The notes beneath the pieces were generated by a model that saw only the letters and a list, made by a program, of their open reading frames with translations, searched no databases and was not told where the DNA came from. A stretch of 64,000 nt of DNA from Marsupella aquatica. Taxonomy: Eukaryota > Plantae > Marchantiophyta. Shown here piece after piece: positions 12,417-24,681 of the stretch. Location: NCBI GenBank assembly GCA_973895155.1, contig OZ316891.1, forward strand, positions 23,435,899-23,499,898, given 5' to 3'. A program made the position numbers and the translations under genes. Within the stretch, counting starts at the first letter, position 1. Each line of letters opens with the position of its first letter.

Positions 12417-15400
12417 CATAATTGGCTGCCTTTATTAAGTCTCCTCCAACAAACCCTCCTTGATCTTGTTGACTTGTGCTCTTCCCCCTTCTCTTAACCC
12501 CAATTTCCTCTTTTAGTTAAGCCACCCAAATGATAATGCATGTGGGCAACCATTTCCTCTTTGAGCTGACGCACTGAGATGTTGACGCGTCTTAGTAGGC
12601 CTTGGAATGAAATGACAGCAAGGGTCTCCTACATTCGGACTCATTTGAGTTGTAGGCCGAAGTCCCTAATTGTACCCTAAATGTACCCTAAACTCTCTCG
12701 TACTAGTGGTGGTCAGTACTCACGTTAGCATTGTGTACTTTCTTGTTTGGGCCGTTAACATGTACGTATCGAAATATAGTTAGGATCTCCCGTATCTATT
12801 GCGTACTTTAGTGTTGTGCAGTACGTGCGGTACGTTATTCCTTGAAGTGGATGTCGTTCCTTCCTCGTCACTCTTCCACGGTGTGACACCTTAGGTTTGG
12901 CGCTCGTCTTTATCACTAATCCCCGGACCTTCTCACTCTGCCTCACTCTTTTGCGTCCCTTACTCGTTCGCGCTCTAATCCGCGCTCTTCCTCAATCTTC
13001 GCATATTGGTCTTGTGCAATCTCTCACTTCTCCGTGCTCACATCCGCATTGTTCCTGCTCTTCTTCAGTCGTCCCACTCACGGTAAACTCTCCTGTGCAA
13101 CCCTGTTATTGTGTCTACTGGATTGCGTTGGTGTTTTGAGGCAGTGAGCGTTTAGGCAACATTTTTTTGTGAGCATTTGCGATAGTGATTTGCCATGAAC
13201 GTTGGTGATTCTCTCAGGTTTTTCTCTTGGCTCCCCCTTTTTCTTGATATGTAAAATCCATTTGTAGATGAATCAAATGTGTGATAGGCTAGACCCCGCA
13301 TATCCTTGAAAACTGGCTCTCTCGGCGGGGCTCGCTGAGATCTTGTCAGGTTTATAGGTCGAGCTATTGCCGAGTAATAACTCTTTCATTTCTCATGTAA
13401 TCTAAGGTCAAAATACCAAAGAGGAAAGACTCGACTGGAGCTGGACCTGCCGACAGCCAAACTTCTCAGCGGAGTAAGAAACCACGATCCAAGTCTCCTT
13501 CGCCAGTCACGTCTCGACTGACGCGCTCACAGGGTGGTCCACTTATGGAGTCAGTCGACTCTAGGAGGAAGTTTGAGCCAAAGCAAATATCATTTGAGCC
13601 TATTGGAGTGGCAGAATTGGCTGATATTGCTGAGAAGGGAGCCTGGGAGTCTATCGTCTCCAAGTATGAGACAAAGTTTAGTAAGGATCCGCCCCGGATC
13701 CCCTTGTGCCGGCTCATGCCAATGGAGGCAGTGAGGAATCTTCAGGATGAGTCGGTTGCAAAATTAAAAAAAGGGTTCAAAGAGAGCGGCTATGTTGTGA
13801 AGCTCAGCGAGTTCCACATTACTGAGTTCAATGAAATTGGAGAAACGCAGACAGTGACAGACTTCAAGCCATTTTGGGACCCTCTATGGACTCAGCTCAA
13901 TGAACAGTTTGAGCAAGAGTGCGATGCATCAAAGGAGTTCAAAGTCCTTAAGGACAAGATGTTTTGGGTTTTTTATGGAAACCATAGATACACAGCCTGG
14001 TCCGCAGTTGCTTCTGAGTATCCGGATCAATTGCAATACCATTCGTGCGTCAGATTCTCTCTTTTGAACGCTGGGAAGGACGGATTCAAGAAGGTTGAGC
14101 AAGCAATGCACGCTCTCAACTCGTAAGTACTCTCATTCGCGTCTTTTTGCAAAATGTGATTACCCGTTTGTGTAAACCTTGTGTGCCATCTTGGAGAGCC
14201 TCTCTGAAATTGCCGCTATGAGTACTGTTTGTCATTTTCAGGATAAGTGCGACTGTCGTAAAGACATCCTGGTTTAATGACGCTGATCGGGTTGCAAAGC
14301 TATTGAACACTCCATTGGAGGAGTATAGTTTGCTCATGTCAAAGGAGACAATGGAGGCTTTCATGAAGGCCCAAAATTGAGGACATGGGAAGACTTGGTA
14401 CTCAAAGAATATGACAAAAGAAGCCGTTGTGTACATCATGTCTTGGTCAAACATTGAAGCGGGACAAATCAATATCTCCAAGGAGATGGCACAAGACGCA
14501 GCTCGTGGGCACCCGTGGAGTGTGAAGAGAACTGAGGAGGAGACGGAGGCAATGATTATTGTTGCATGCAAGGCCTGGGACAACAAGTTCCCCAAGCTTG
14601 CGGCCTGCGTGAATCCGGCCAATGGAGACCAGTTCATGCCGGTATGTCGGCAGCTGTATCACAAGTTGTCAAAGGACGCCAAGCAGGGTGTGATGAATGT
14701 ACAGGTTGGCTTGGACAGGGTTCGCTTGTTTGCTGGGGCTTGGGTAACTGCAGAGTGCAGAGTAAAGCTATTGAAAGCTCATTTTGGAACGGAGGAGGAG
14801 AAGAGTATGTATCACCATCCACGTAGCAATGGTGATGCTGCAATTAGATCCTGGTTAGCGGTCTGGTCAATGTGGTGTTACATTGACCACGTTGGTTGTG
14901 TGATTTTGACCGATTTTGCTGCAAAGGCCTACCAAAGACAGATGTACCGTGAGTTTTCCGGGACAGAGGAGGAATTTGCAGAGCTATATAGAAGGCTTTA
15001 TTGAGCTTATGTGCAAGAGAAATCACTGAAACTAGGCGGGGAAATTTGGATTGACGGAAAGGCCACGGTCTTGTTAAAAGAATTGTGGAAAAAGCGAACA
15101 AAGAGGTGCGTGACAAGATTTCTAATCAATCAGGAGAACATGAATGCATCCATATTGAAAGAGCTGCCATGGGCACTCACATCTTGGATGGAGCCGAAAG
15201 GGAGCCTTAGCATGTATCCATGTGATGGCCAAATTCCTAATGGCAGAGTAGTCTGCGATTGGGAACGTCAAAACTGCCCATGGTATATGGAATACCGTGA
15301 CTGGAATACTTTTATCGATGACGCTGAGAAGGAGTGTGCAATGAAGCTGAAGGACCAACAGGAGCCTACAAATTACTACGATATATCCAAGCTGCGACAA

Positions 15401-15629
15401 TTGACGGACTCTATGCCCCAGGCAATAGCTTTGGAGGCCATAATCCCAATGGACCCAGCCTATGATGGGAAAAAGGCCCGAAAGGAAGGAGGCGAGAAGA
15501 AGGTCGACAAGGAACAATCCGCCGAGGCCAGTCAGTCAAATTCTATAAGCACTCCAACAAAGACCCCATCAGGTAACTCAATTCCTTTCAAATCAGGTGG
15601 TGGCTTGCATTGGAAAAAACCTTGGCTGG

Positions 15630-15805
15630 GTTGGCGAGGCTTGCCGAGATTAAGTGTCTGGTCCAGTCCAGATGTTGGCGAGGCTCTCCGAGATTAAGTG
15701 TCTGGTCCAGTCCAGATGTCAACGAGGCTCGCCGAGATGAAGTATTAGTTGAGTAATAAGTTGCTTGCATATAATGAACCCGATCTTGGCGAGGCTCGCC
15801 GAGAT
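15630..15805. repeat. Intronic ~43-bp repeats with the palindrome, e.g. ATCTTGGCGAGGCTCGCCGAGAT (15783-15805)
   Basis: Four palindrome copies lie between donor 15572 and acceptor 15847. Confidence 0.85.
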
Positions 15806-17537
15806 GCAGTTGCCATCATGAAGCTCATCAATTTGCATCCTATGCAGGTCATGCAGAGATCCAAACGGAACCTGATTCTATCAAGAGCAAGGGTGTAGAG
15901 CTGGCTACAAAGGCAGCAGTTGAGGACAGTCCAGGGGTTTTGCAGGGTCCAGGGCACAAGGATAAACAACCAATAGTTGAGTTGGGTCCAGACGAGGCTC
16001 CACTGCAAGAATTTGACTTGCCTCCGCATGAGGCTCCTGAAGTACAAGATGAATTGGCTGACGAGCAGCAAGGTGAGGATGATGTGGGTGAGCAAGAGGA
16101 AGAGGAGCGAGAGGAAGAGGACAAAGGACAATCCGGAGATGAAGGGCGCTTGTCTGATATCTCTCATGTGCCTTACCGGCCACCATTACTGTCACGGCAA
16201 AAGGAAAAGGCCTTAAAAAAAAAGCAAACTAGGCGACTCAGAGCTCCCAAAGGGAGCCCAAGCAAAGCACGTGACGAGGAATTTCCTCCTCTTCCTTCCC
16301 CCACTGAGTCGCCTCCCCCGCCCGGCACTGGAGAGGTTCCGCCCACAACCATCCAACCTGACCCCACATTGGAAAATGAGGAGGATGAAGAGGCCCTTGG
16401 AGAACAGGATAACACAAAGCTGGAAGGAGTAAGGCGTCCTTATGCCAATACCATGTCTTCCCAGAGCAAACATATGTATTTTAGGTGGTCTCCAAATCTA
16501 TTTCCAACTTTTTTTGATGCGGCTAAAGAAGGTACCGAACCCCCTGTAGTTAGTAAATTGATCTCATGGTGCAGAAAGCTATTGCGGGAAGGTTTGTGTC
16601 AAAATGCCTGGAGAAAAGGGGGGAAGCGAGTGAAGACTGGTGCAGATTTAATTCTGATACATATGGGAACAGACACGCGTATGGTCGAGGGTAAGTCCAC
16701 CCCGTTGTGGAATTTGTTCCGGGAGGACGACTTGAACCGGGTTCAGGAGTTTGCTCGAGATGTCCTTGATTCCGAAGGACTGTTTGCCATCGTGCACAGT
16801 GGTTCGCTTCGGCACTCAACTTGCATTTATGATGCATTAGTTTACGAGAATACCAACTGGGGGTTGAAAGAAAGCTTCTTTATCTGGAACGACACACCCA
16901 CCTACGATGGTAGGACTGGGAAGCGAGTAAGTCCCATCAATTACCTACTTCTTCATTTATTTTTTATTCCAATGACTTACTATCCTAAACTAAGGAAGTC
17001 TGACCTCTGAATATGTTTGGCCGATCCAGAGCGAATATCTCAAGCTAGACCTGTGGGGGTTTCAATCTGCTGTGGAGATATGCCCAAAGGACGATGTGGC
17101 ACCAATTAGTGCAGAGCTTGATATGAAGAGTAGGAATGGGCTAACGAACTATACATCCAAGAAGAATCAGGTTAACGATCCTTTTGCGGGCACATTGTCG
17201 CCAGCAACGCTCCAATGTATCATCGAATATATGTCACGCGATTGACATGGGTCTTAACACCAAAAATGTCACTATGGGTGCCAAAACCATCTCCTTGTAC
17301 CTGAGGATCACGAAGGGATGTTGTGAAGGTCGATAAACACCAATTTATGCCCTTAACACCAGACTATCATAGCAAGACTCTATCACACATCACCCAAGCT
17401 CAATCCCAAGGAACCAAGGTTGGGGATCAGGTCTGCGCTCATGATAGTTCTGGTGAGAAGGGGTCTTCATATTGGGCCCGTACACACAGGGCCTAGCGCT
17501 ATGGTGCGCATAGGTCTATACGTATGCTTACTGTCAT

Positions 17538-17619
17538 AGGTATGTTTCTATTCCGCCGCCGGAATGTACCCATAAACCAGTGACTCCGGACTGATTCCCG
17601 GCTTAGGGACTTCTAAGCC
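17538..17619 (-). other. Conserved multi-hairpin RNA motif in LTR unit B
   Basis: Minus strand: GGCTT/AAGCC, AATCAGT/ACTGGTT and TTCCG-GCGG-CGGAA. Confidence 0.65.
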
Positions 17620-18964
17620 ATTGCCCCACCACTCTACCATTCCACTCTCAGCAATCAGAGCTATGACAGTCCTCACCCAGCCCGCTTCAATGCACCCTGT
17701 ACACCTCTCAGTGGCGCTGCTAGTCCCATCATACACTCAGATTGCCTCACACACACACACATCCATGAGAGAAATGAGGCCTGAGAGGAAAACTCAGTTA
17801 AATTCAAAGATGTGCACAACAGTTCACTGAGAACACTTGATCCGAACACTAGGCCCGAAGGCTGTCTCCTCCAGATTACGACGTGCTTGCCCTGCAAGCC
17901 CCATGCTTGCCATGCAAGCTCAATCCTGAACCTGAGCCCGGCTCACTCCAGATTGCGATGGCAGATTGGACTCGAACCAATCTCGTACTTGCCTTGCAAA
18001 CTCAATCCTGAACTCAACCTCCTTCACTGCACTTCATTCTTGGGGGCACATACAGATCTCACACCTCCAATTCAGAACGTCAAGTTACGCATACATAGTT
18101 GACTCAACTTCAAAGCTGGTACCAGGCTAACGGCGATCTACCCCAGGCTGCAATGAGGCTCGGCCTCACGCTTGCCCTGCAAGCTCCGCTCTGGCCATAG
18201 ATCCCTTAGTGCTCTCCACCAGACAAAGGGCGGGACTCCCCATGGATCACGTAGCCTTGCCAGACTGAACTGTAAATGCTCCTCTTGTTGCCCCTCAATC
18301 AATGTCTCAACCTCCCTAATGTGCTCACCACAAATCAAATTGACATCCTCCCCACAATTTACAATCACCAATACATCACCTATCACCAAGGCTCTGTATC
18401 GGGGAAAAGAACCCAGTTGTGCTACCCACTAGAAAGAGCCACAATCCAGCTCGCAAACCTAGCAACTCGTTGCTGTGAAGCTTGGCTGATTACTCCCTGA
18501 GTAATAGCACAACCAAGCTCTCCCCAACACGCAGCGTCCAAGTCCAGCCTTGCTTGCACAGAGCTCCTCCCTGCTGCTCAGTCTAAGTGAGATCACACAA
18601 CTGAAGTCCCCCCTGCCTCTACCGGGGGGCTGCTCTATATACTCTCTCATTGAGCCCAAATGGGTGGATGCTACGCTGCTGGAGCCCCATCCCAGCCCTA
18701 ACAGAGCCACCACTATCTCTAAATACTGAACCCTAACTCGCAGCTTTATTTCTATCTCAAATTGGCTATGTACTTCGGATTTGGCCCTCCTCCATGGTTT
18801 TTGCGAGCTTGCGCCTCCTCTCTTGATTTCTCTATTCAACCATTTTCTGCGTGGATAGCAGCGTTGGAAGCGGCTTGAGCTCTTCTTTCCAACGAGGTTA
18901 ATTATAGCCGATTTGGTCAAATACACAGAGAGTTATGCCCCCGCAACCGAGAGGGGGTACTCAC

Positions 18965-19345
18965 TCCTGCGCTAACCCGAGTTACATAGCTAACCCGAGT
19001 TCGGCTAACCTAGCTATCCTATCTAACCCGAGTAGAGCTAACCCGTGGTCTCGGGTTAGGCCGCTACCCACTATCCGCTAACCGCTAACCTAAGCTGAGC
19101 CCAAACCCGAGCTTACCTATGCTAACCTGAGCCCGAGTTTAGGCTAACCCGAGTTAAGTCTAACCCAGGATCAATCTAATCCGAACCCGGGTTAAGCCTA
19201 AGCTGAAGCTGTGCTTACTTGAGCTAAGCTGAAGCCGTGCTTACCTAAGCTAAGCTGAAGCCGTGCTTACCTAAGCTAAGTTGAAGCCGTGCTTACCTGA
19301 GCTAAGCTGAAGTCGTGCTTACCTAAGCTAAGCCGTGGTCAAGCT
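18965..19345. repeat. Short CTAACCCGAG-type repeats and a 26-bp tandem array (x~5) near the 5' end of unit B
   Basis: Unit GCTAAGCTGAAGCCGTGCTTACCTAA at 19223, 19249, etc. Confidence 0.85.
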
Positions 19346-20164
19346 TGGGTTAACCCGAAACTGAAGCCGAATCCGCTAATTTCGGCCACAAGTTAACCCG
19401 TCACACTAATCAGGCCGTATCTTTCTTAATACACCTCCGTTTCTCAAGTGTTTTATATCGATTTTACTCGCCTTGACCAGATCTTTCCAATGCTCTTTAC
19501 AGATCCAGATTTGGTGACATATTAAAAGAGATATGGTCGTCAACCACCCGCGACATAGCTTTTATTTCCCTACTCTTAACGCCATGATTGCCCTTATTCT
19601 TGCCATCTTGCTAATTGTTATGCAATATCAATAGCTACTCCTTGCATACAGCAACCTACTTAATCAAATTACAAAATAAGGACCATGTCATTGGCGTCAC
19701 AATATACAACACACCCTGGGGCAACTATCCTCACTTTCAACGCACAGTTTGGGGCAATATTCAAGGCGGGTGAAAATTGCGGGCGGATGGTGTTGGGACT
19801 GAATCCTATCCTCACTTCGGAACTTGTGCGCAAGACCAACTGGCACAACTGGTTGGAGTGATCTCCCCGGAGGAGGAAGAGGTGGTCTGTTCAAAAGCCA
19901 ATCCAGAAAAGCGCAAGAAGAAAAAGCCGGCAGTACTCCCAACGACATGTAAGTTTTCTGGCGTTTGACGTTGTTCATTTCATATTTGCTTGCTCGTCGC
20001 AATGGTTGACAATAGAGGGATACAAGTCAGCGGCCTCGCCGATATGTATGCATGTCGGCTGACCTCGCTGACATTCATAGTGTCTGGCCTCCTCTACAAG
20101 CGAGGGCAAGTCCTAACTTGAGATGCATGTTGGCGGACCTTGCCAAGATTCATTCCTCTACATG

Positions 20165-21285
20165 CAACTCAGGAAGAGTCATCTTGGCGGGCCTCTCCAA
20201 GATCCGTCTGAGGAAGAGTGATCTCGGCTGGCCTCTCCAAGATCCGTCTCAGGAAGAGTTAATCTCGGCTGGCCTCTCTGAGATCCATCTCAGGAATAGT
20301 CATCTCGGTTGGCCCGTCTCAGGAAGAATGATCTTGGCTGGCCTATCCAAGATCCGTTGTAGGAAGAGTCAATCTCGGCTGGCCTCTCTGAGATCCGTCT
20401 CCGGAATAGTCATCTCGGTTGGCCTTTCCGAGATCCATCTCAGGAAGAGTGATCTCGGCTGGCCTCTCCAAGATCCGTCTTAGGAAGAGTCAATCTCGGC
20501 TGGCCTCTCTAAGATCCGTCTCCGGAATAGTCATCTCGGCTGGCCTCTCTGAGATCCATCTCAGGAATAGTCATCTCGGCTGGCCTCTCCGAGATCCGTC
20601 TCAGGAAGAGTGATCTTGGCTGGCCTCTCCAAGATCCGTCTTAGGAAGAGTCAATCTCGGTTGGCCTCTTTGAGATCCGTCTCAGGAACAGTCATCTCGG
20701 CTAGCCTCTCCGAGATCCGTGTACCGAAGAGTCATCTCGGCTGGCATCTCCAAGATCTGTCTCAGGAATAGTCAATCTCGGCTGGCCTCTCTAAGATCCA
20801 TCTCAGGAATAGTCATCTCGGCTGGCCTCTACGAGATCCGTCTCAAGAAGAGTGATCTCGGCTGGCCTCTCCGAGATCCGTGTACCGAAGAGTCATCTCG
20901 GCTAGCCTCTCTGAGATCCGTGTACCGAAGAGTCATCTTGGCTGGCGTCTCCAAGATCTGTCTCAGGAATAGTCAATCTTGGCTGGCCTCTCTGAGATCC
21001 GTCTCAGGAATAGTCATCTCGACTGGCCTCTCCAAGATTCGTCTTAGGAAGAGTCAATCTCGGCTGGCCTCTCCAAGATCCGTGTACCAAAGAGTCATCT
21101 CGACTAGCCTCTCCGAGATCCATGTACCGAAGAGTCATCTCGGCTGGCGTCTCCAAGATCTGTCTCAGGAATAGTCAATCTCGGCTGGCCTCTCTGAGAT
21201 CCGTCTCAGGAATAGTCATCTCGGCTGGCCTCTACGAGATCCATCTCAGGAAGAGTGATCTCGGCTGGCCTCTTCGAGATCCGTC
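20165..21285. repeat. Tandem array of ~28 units of 40-41 bp, each containing ATCTCGGCTGGCCTCTCCGAGAT
   Basis: Unit AGGAAGAGTCATCTCGGCTGGCCTCTCC(A/G)AGATCCGTCTC with no unique spacers. Lies between donor ~19949 and the exon at ~21380. Confidence 0.95.
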
Positions 21286-21321
21286 GATCCATGTTGACTA
21301 CCTTCCCCGACAGATGCCTTC

Positions 21322-22503
21322 TTGTTTACGTCTATTTTGGGCGCAATACATTATTTGATTGAATTTAAGTATAACTTAGTAGCAGTTCCCGACAGGACTA
21401 TCGAGTCAGCTACAGCGAAATGGGACAGCCAGGACAGACGGCTTGTCAAGCTCGCGTGGGAGGAAGCTTCGGCATATTTCTCACCGGAGAAGTTAACCCT
21501 TCCGTGCTACGCTGCTGATACCTATCATGAAGAAATAGTGCCTCGCTGTGTACAAGAGAGAAAGAGGAAAACTCTCAAATTTGTCGATGATAGGGCAAAA
21601 GAAGCTCAATCGGATGAGAGTAGCTCGGTAGGAAGTGACAGTCTCCAAACTCACCATGTAAGTATAAGATTATCAAGCTCCAGTTCCAAAGAGTAATGTT
21701 TGAATGAATTTACCTTCATTGCAGCTCAGGAGAGACCTGAGCAACCAGTGAATGAGGGGCTGACTCCCCGGGTAGGAGTGAAAGAGGTGGGGCTTGCAAA
21801 CAAAGGAGTGCCCGCACAACAGCAACCATCCAAATTTTTGGCGATAGTGAAGAAGGCATTGGACCCCAAGGCGGACCAAAAAGAGGTCATAGTGACAATC
21901 GAGGACGTGCACTTGACGAGGGCACATTTAAAATGCTTGAGGCCAAAAAAATGGATCACTTGCGACGTCATCAATGCTTACATTGCTTTACTGGAACGAA
22001 GAGCACAAACCCTTCATAAACCCAAGGCCATGTTATTGCCAACACATTTTTACCAAGTGATGACATCTCCGGAATATAACTTCAACGCAACGTTGGCATA
22101 TTGGCGGGGCATTCAAATGTGGGAGCACAAGTACGTTTTAATCCCTGTCTACCAGCCAAAACACTGGGTACTAGTTGTGGTTGATACTGCCTTGCGGCAA
22201 CTGCATTTACTTGATCCGCTTGTGCCCGAAGCACAGGATGGCACAGAAGTGTTCAAAGTAGCTCAGTTTCTTTCGGACCTCTCCATCTTGCGGGGTCGTA
22301 CCTTGTTATGTCCATTAGAATGGCCACGCATTTACCGAGATAACATTCCAGGTCAAGGGGATGATTACAATTGTGGTGTATATATCATAATCTACATGGA
22401 GCGTATTTCTGGAGGCGGCGTACTGAACTTTGACCCTGCACTTATAGACATCATGCGGCAAAAGATTGTTGTGGACCTTGTCTGCCAGACAATTACCCTG
22501 TAG
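21322..22503 (+). CDS. Ulp1/SENP-family (peptidase C48) SUMO-type protease; probably terminal exons (~21380-21657, 21725-22503) of the MULE cargo gene
   Basis: CLRPKKWITCDVINAYI, LLPTHFY, VLIPVYQPKHWVLVVVD, LLDPL and PGQGDDYNCGVY: His-Asp-Cys triad plus oxyanion Gln intact. Confidence 0.9.
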
Positions 22504-22935
22504 AGAGGATGGAAGATGGAGACGCAGCCTAGTGGAATTTAGTTCAGAAAATTGAGATAGACAACATCGTTGTAAAGTACAAAGTTTAATAAAAAGTGTG
22601 TCATCCAAATGTTCTTAATGTGGCTCCTATTTGATATGCTATGTTGTACACGTTGCTGGGTATGTTTTCATCTTGGCGAGCTCAGCCGAGATGGAACAAC
22701 ACTCCAAGGATATCTCAGAGAGGGCGCCAAGATGGTTAGAAAGGGCACCAAGATGGTCAGAGAGGCAGCCGACATTACTAATTGTCCGAACCAAAACAAT
22801 GTCGGAGTGGACTCCGACATAGGGTTTGACTGTGGGTGTGAATTAAGTCCATGTCGGCGGCGTCGCTGAGTTTCGGGCACAGACTGATATCAGTGACTGA
22901 TGAAAGTCACTGATAACTGATGAAGTTGTGTACCT

Positions 22936-23368
22936 CATCCTTGCGGGGGAAAATTGGATGGTTGCGATGCACATCATCCTCCAATACATCCACGGACGCC
23001 ACAACCTACACCTGTACACCTTCAATTGGGGCACATCCGTCACAATATCTTAGCAATACCCCATCGCAAGTAGGACTTTCACCATCCTCGCGGGGGGAAA
23101 TTGGATGGTTGCGATGCACATCATCCTCCAATACATCCACGGACGCCACAACCTACACCTGTACACCTTCAATTGGAGCACATCCGTCACAATACCTTAG
23201 CAATACCCCATCGCAAGTAGGACTTTCACCATCCTCGCGGGGGGAAATTGGATGGTTGCAATGCACATCATCCTCCAATACATCCACAAACGCCACAGCC
23301 TACACCTACACGCCTGCAATTGGAGCCATCCGTCAGAATTGCCCAACAATACCCCCTCACAAGTGGGT
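22936..23368. repeat. 147-bp tandem repeat (~3 copies), possibly a decayed coding repeat of an older element
   Basis: TTGGATGGTTGC at 22954, 23101 and 23248. Confidence 0.9.
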
Positions 23369-23369
23369 G

Positions 23370-23800
23370 GTTGTACGTAGCTAAATTCCCTGGAGACACG
23401 TAGGGGAGAGGTCAAAATACTTAGAGAGTGATATACCCTGGTACCTGTGGGCTTCCGCAGGTAATTTGGGTGCATTACCCTAAGATGGCCGGAATACCTA
23501 CTTCTTTGTTATCAAACAATGAATTACCGGGGGAATGTTGGGAAATACCCTGCACCCAAACCATGCATATCCTCCTTGTGAGTACAAGAGGAAGACAAGG
23601 GAAGGCATAGAATAGGCCGACTACTTATCTCATGACCCGATGAAGGATCTGTCCAGTATATGTGTGTAAAATGTTAGTAGAGAGCTAGCAGCGTCCCATG
23701 CCGCTAAGCCGCAAAACCGGCCTCGCCAAGAGCAAAACCTATGGGAATCGGCTTGTGCAGGGGGGTTTCTTGGGTTTAGGGAGCCATGGGACGCACCACA
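23370..23800 (+). mobile_element. LTR fragment of the Tat/Phygy-like gypsy family (3' end ...GCACCACA)
   Basis: 23595-23800 matches 35117-35334, and its 3' part matches the reverse complement of 33062-33190. No PBS and no clear TSD. Confidence 0.75.
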
Positions 23801-24681
23801 CATGGCAAGAGAAGAAAGCACATGCATACATGAACTTTCTCATGACTCCCTAGCTGGGTCATCCTCAAGTACACTTGCGTAGTTTTCAAAATGTGTTGAT
23901 GAGTTCAGTTTAGGGTGTGTCTTGCGTATGGCTACAGCTTATTTGATCTATCTCTTATAGATTATTCGATACATGTCTTAGCCATTTTTGTCATCGCTTG
24001 TCTGTAGATCTGACAAGTGACGCTAGTTTTACCATCTCGATAGTATCAAGCGATAGGCATAGGATGCGCGATGCGCGTTGCTTTTTGAATTTTGCAATCC
24101 TTTGGTTACGGGGTGGACACCTCGGATCATTTTGAACTTTTGTAAGCGCCTGGCGCTACCATATTAGTAAATTAATTTTCTATCACAAGACTTTGTGGAT
24201 TGTGGATTGGCGTCGGATGTGCAAATTGGTTGGATTTGGTTCGTCGTTACCCGCCTCTACCGAAGAGGTGTGAGGAGAATGCCATCCTTGGCATTTATGG
24301 TGAGAACGGTTTTACTCCCAACACAGCCACATCTAAGGCTGGCATCAAGGATGACAACGGTTCTTCCACAACCAAAAGGACTAGCGCCAGGCGCTAGCGT
24401 GATCACTTGCCCGACCGAGACGCTGCACGTTCTTCAATATCTTCTTGTACACGAGTTTTTGTTCTTTGGGACGGATTTGCTATTCGCTAACGGATAGCGA
24501 TCAAAATGGTTTTAAATGTACAGTTCCCATAAGCTCATTAAACGAGTGCCTGGCGCTATTCTTGACCATTTTTTGTGCATTCGACTCGAATCTTCTAAAC
24601 GTCCTGTTTTGAATGTCAAGTTCTTTGTTCACACCAGAATAATTTTGGGCATTCTTCGCTGAAGTTTTCTATATTCGGTTT

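Larger units (their letters stand above)
17232..19701 (-). mobile_element. Solo-LTR-like unit B (2470 bp) inserted in the MTase-fold exon
   Basis: TSD ATATA at 17227-17231 and 19702-19706. Ends TGTCACG...CGTCACA. Removal restores IIEYTTHPG. TATA-like signal at ~18635 on the minus strand. Confidence 0.9.
13407..19948 (+). pseudogene. Multi-exon ParB/Srx-like domain + beta-class N4C/N6A methyltransferase-like fold gene (two TGA stops, LTR insertion, one frameshift)
   Basis: Exons ~13407-14122, 14242-15571, 15848-16926, 17029-17231 + 19707-19948 with GT-AG introns. ParB-like IPLCRL..VR..VAKLK..F..GY and FWVF(Y)GNHRYTAW. MTase-like GADLILI...FARDVLDSEG and SPATLQCIIEYTTHPGATILTFNAQFGAIFKAGENCGRMVLGL(E)SYPHFGTCAQDQL. 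Confidence 0.65.
3742..22935 (-). mobile_element. Large Mutator-like (MULE) DNA transposon with cargo genes (ParB/MTase-fold, Ulp1); left part cut off by LTR insertions
   Basis: MULE-type transposase. The right terminus ...ATAACTGATGAAGTTGTGTACCT (22935) matches the termini of the 9-bp-TSD MITE at 56790-57352. One palindromic motif runs through the whole interval. Confidence 0.7.

Noticed and set aside
13407-19948. Bacterial contamination or prophage (ParB + MTase)
   Set aside because: The gene has spliceosomal introns and plant TE insertions with TSDs.
20165-21285. CRISPR-like array of palindromic repeats
   Set aside because: Inter-palindrome segments are themselves repeated, there are no unique spacers or cas genes, and the context is eukaryotic. 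The ORFs across it are repeat artefacts.
21700-22503. Host SUMO protease gene
   Set aside because: Lies inside the MULE, ~430 bp from its terminus, among element-specific palindromes.
22936-23368. 147-bp unit as a nucleosome-positioning satellite, or the 154-aa plus-strand ORF as a gene
   Set aside because: Only three copies; the length is a multiple of 3 and more simply explained as a decayed coding repeat.
23370-23800. Clean solo LTR
   Set aside because: No matching TSD or convincing 5' terminus found; kept only as a fragment.
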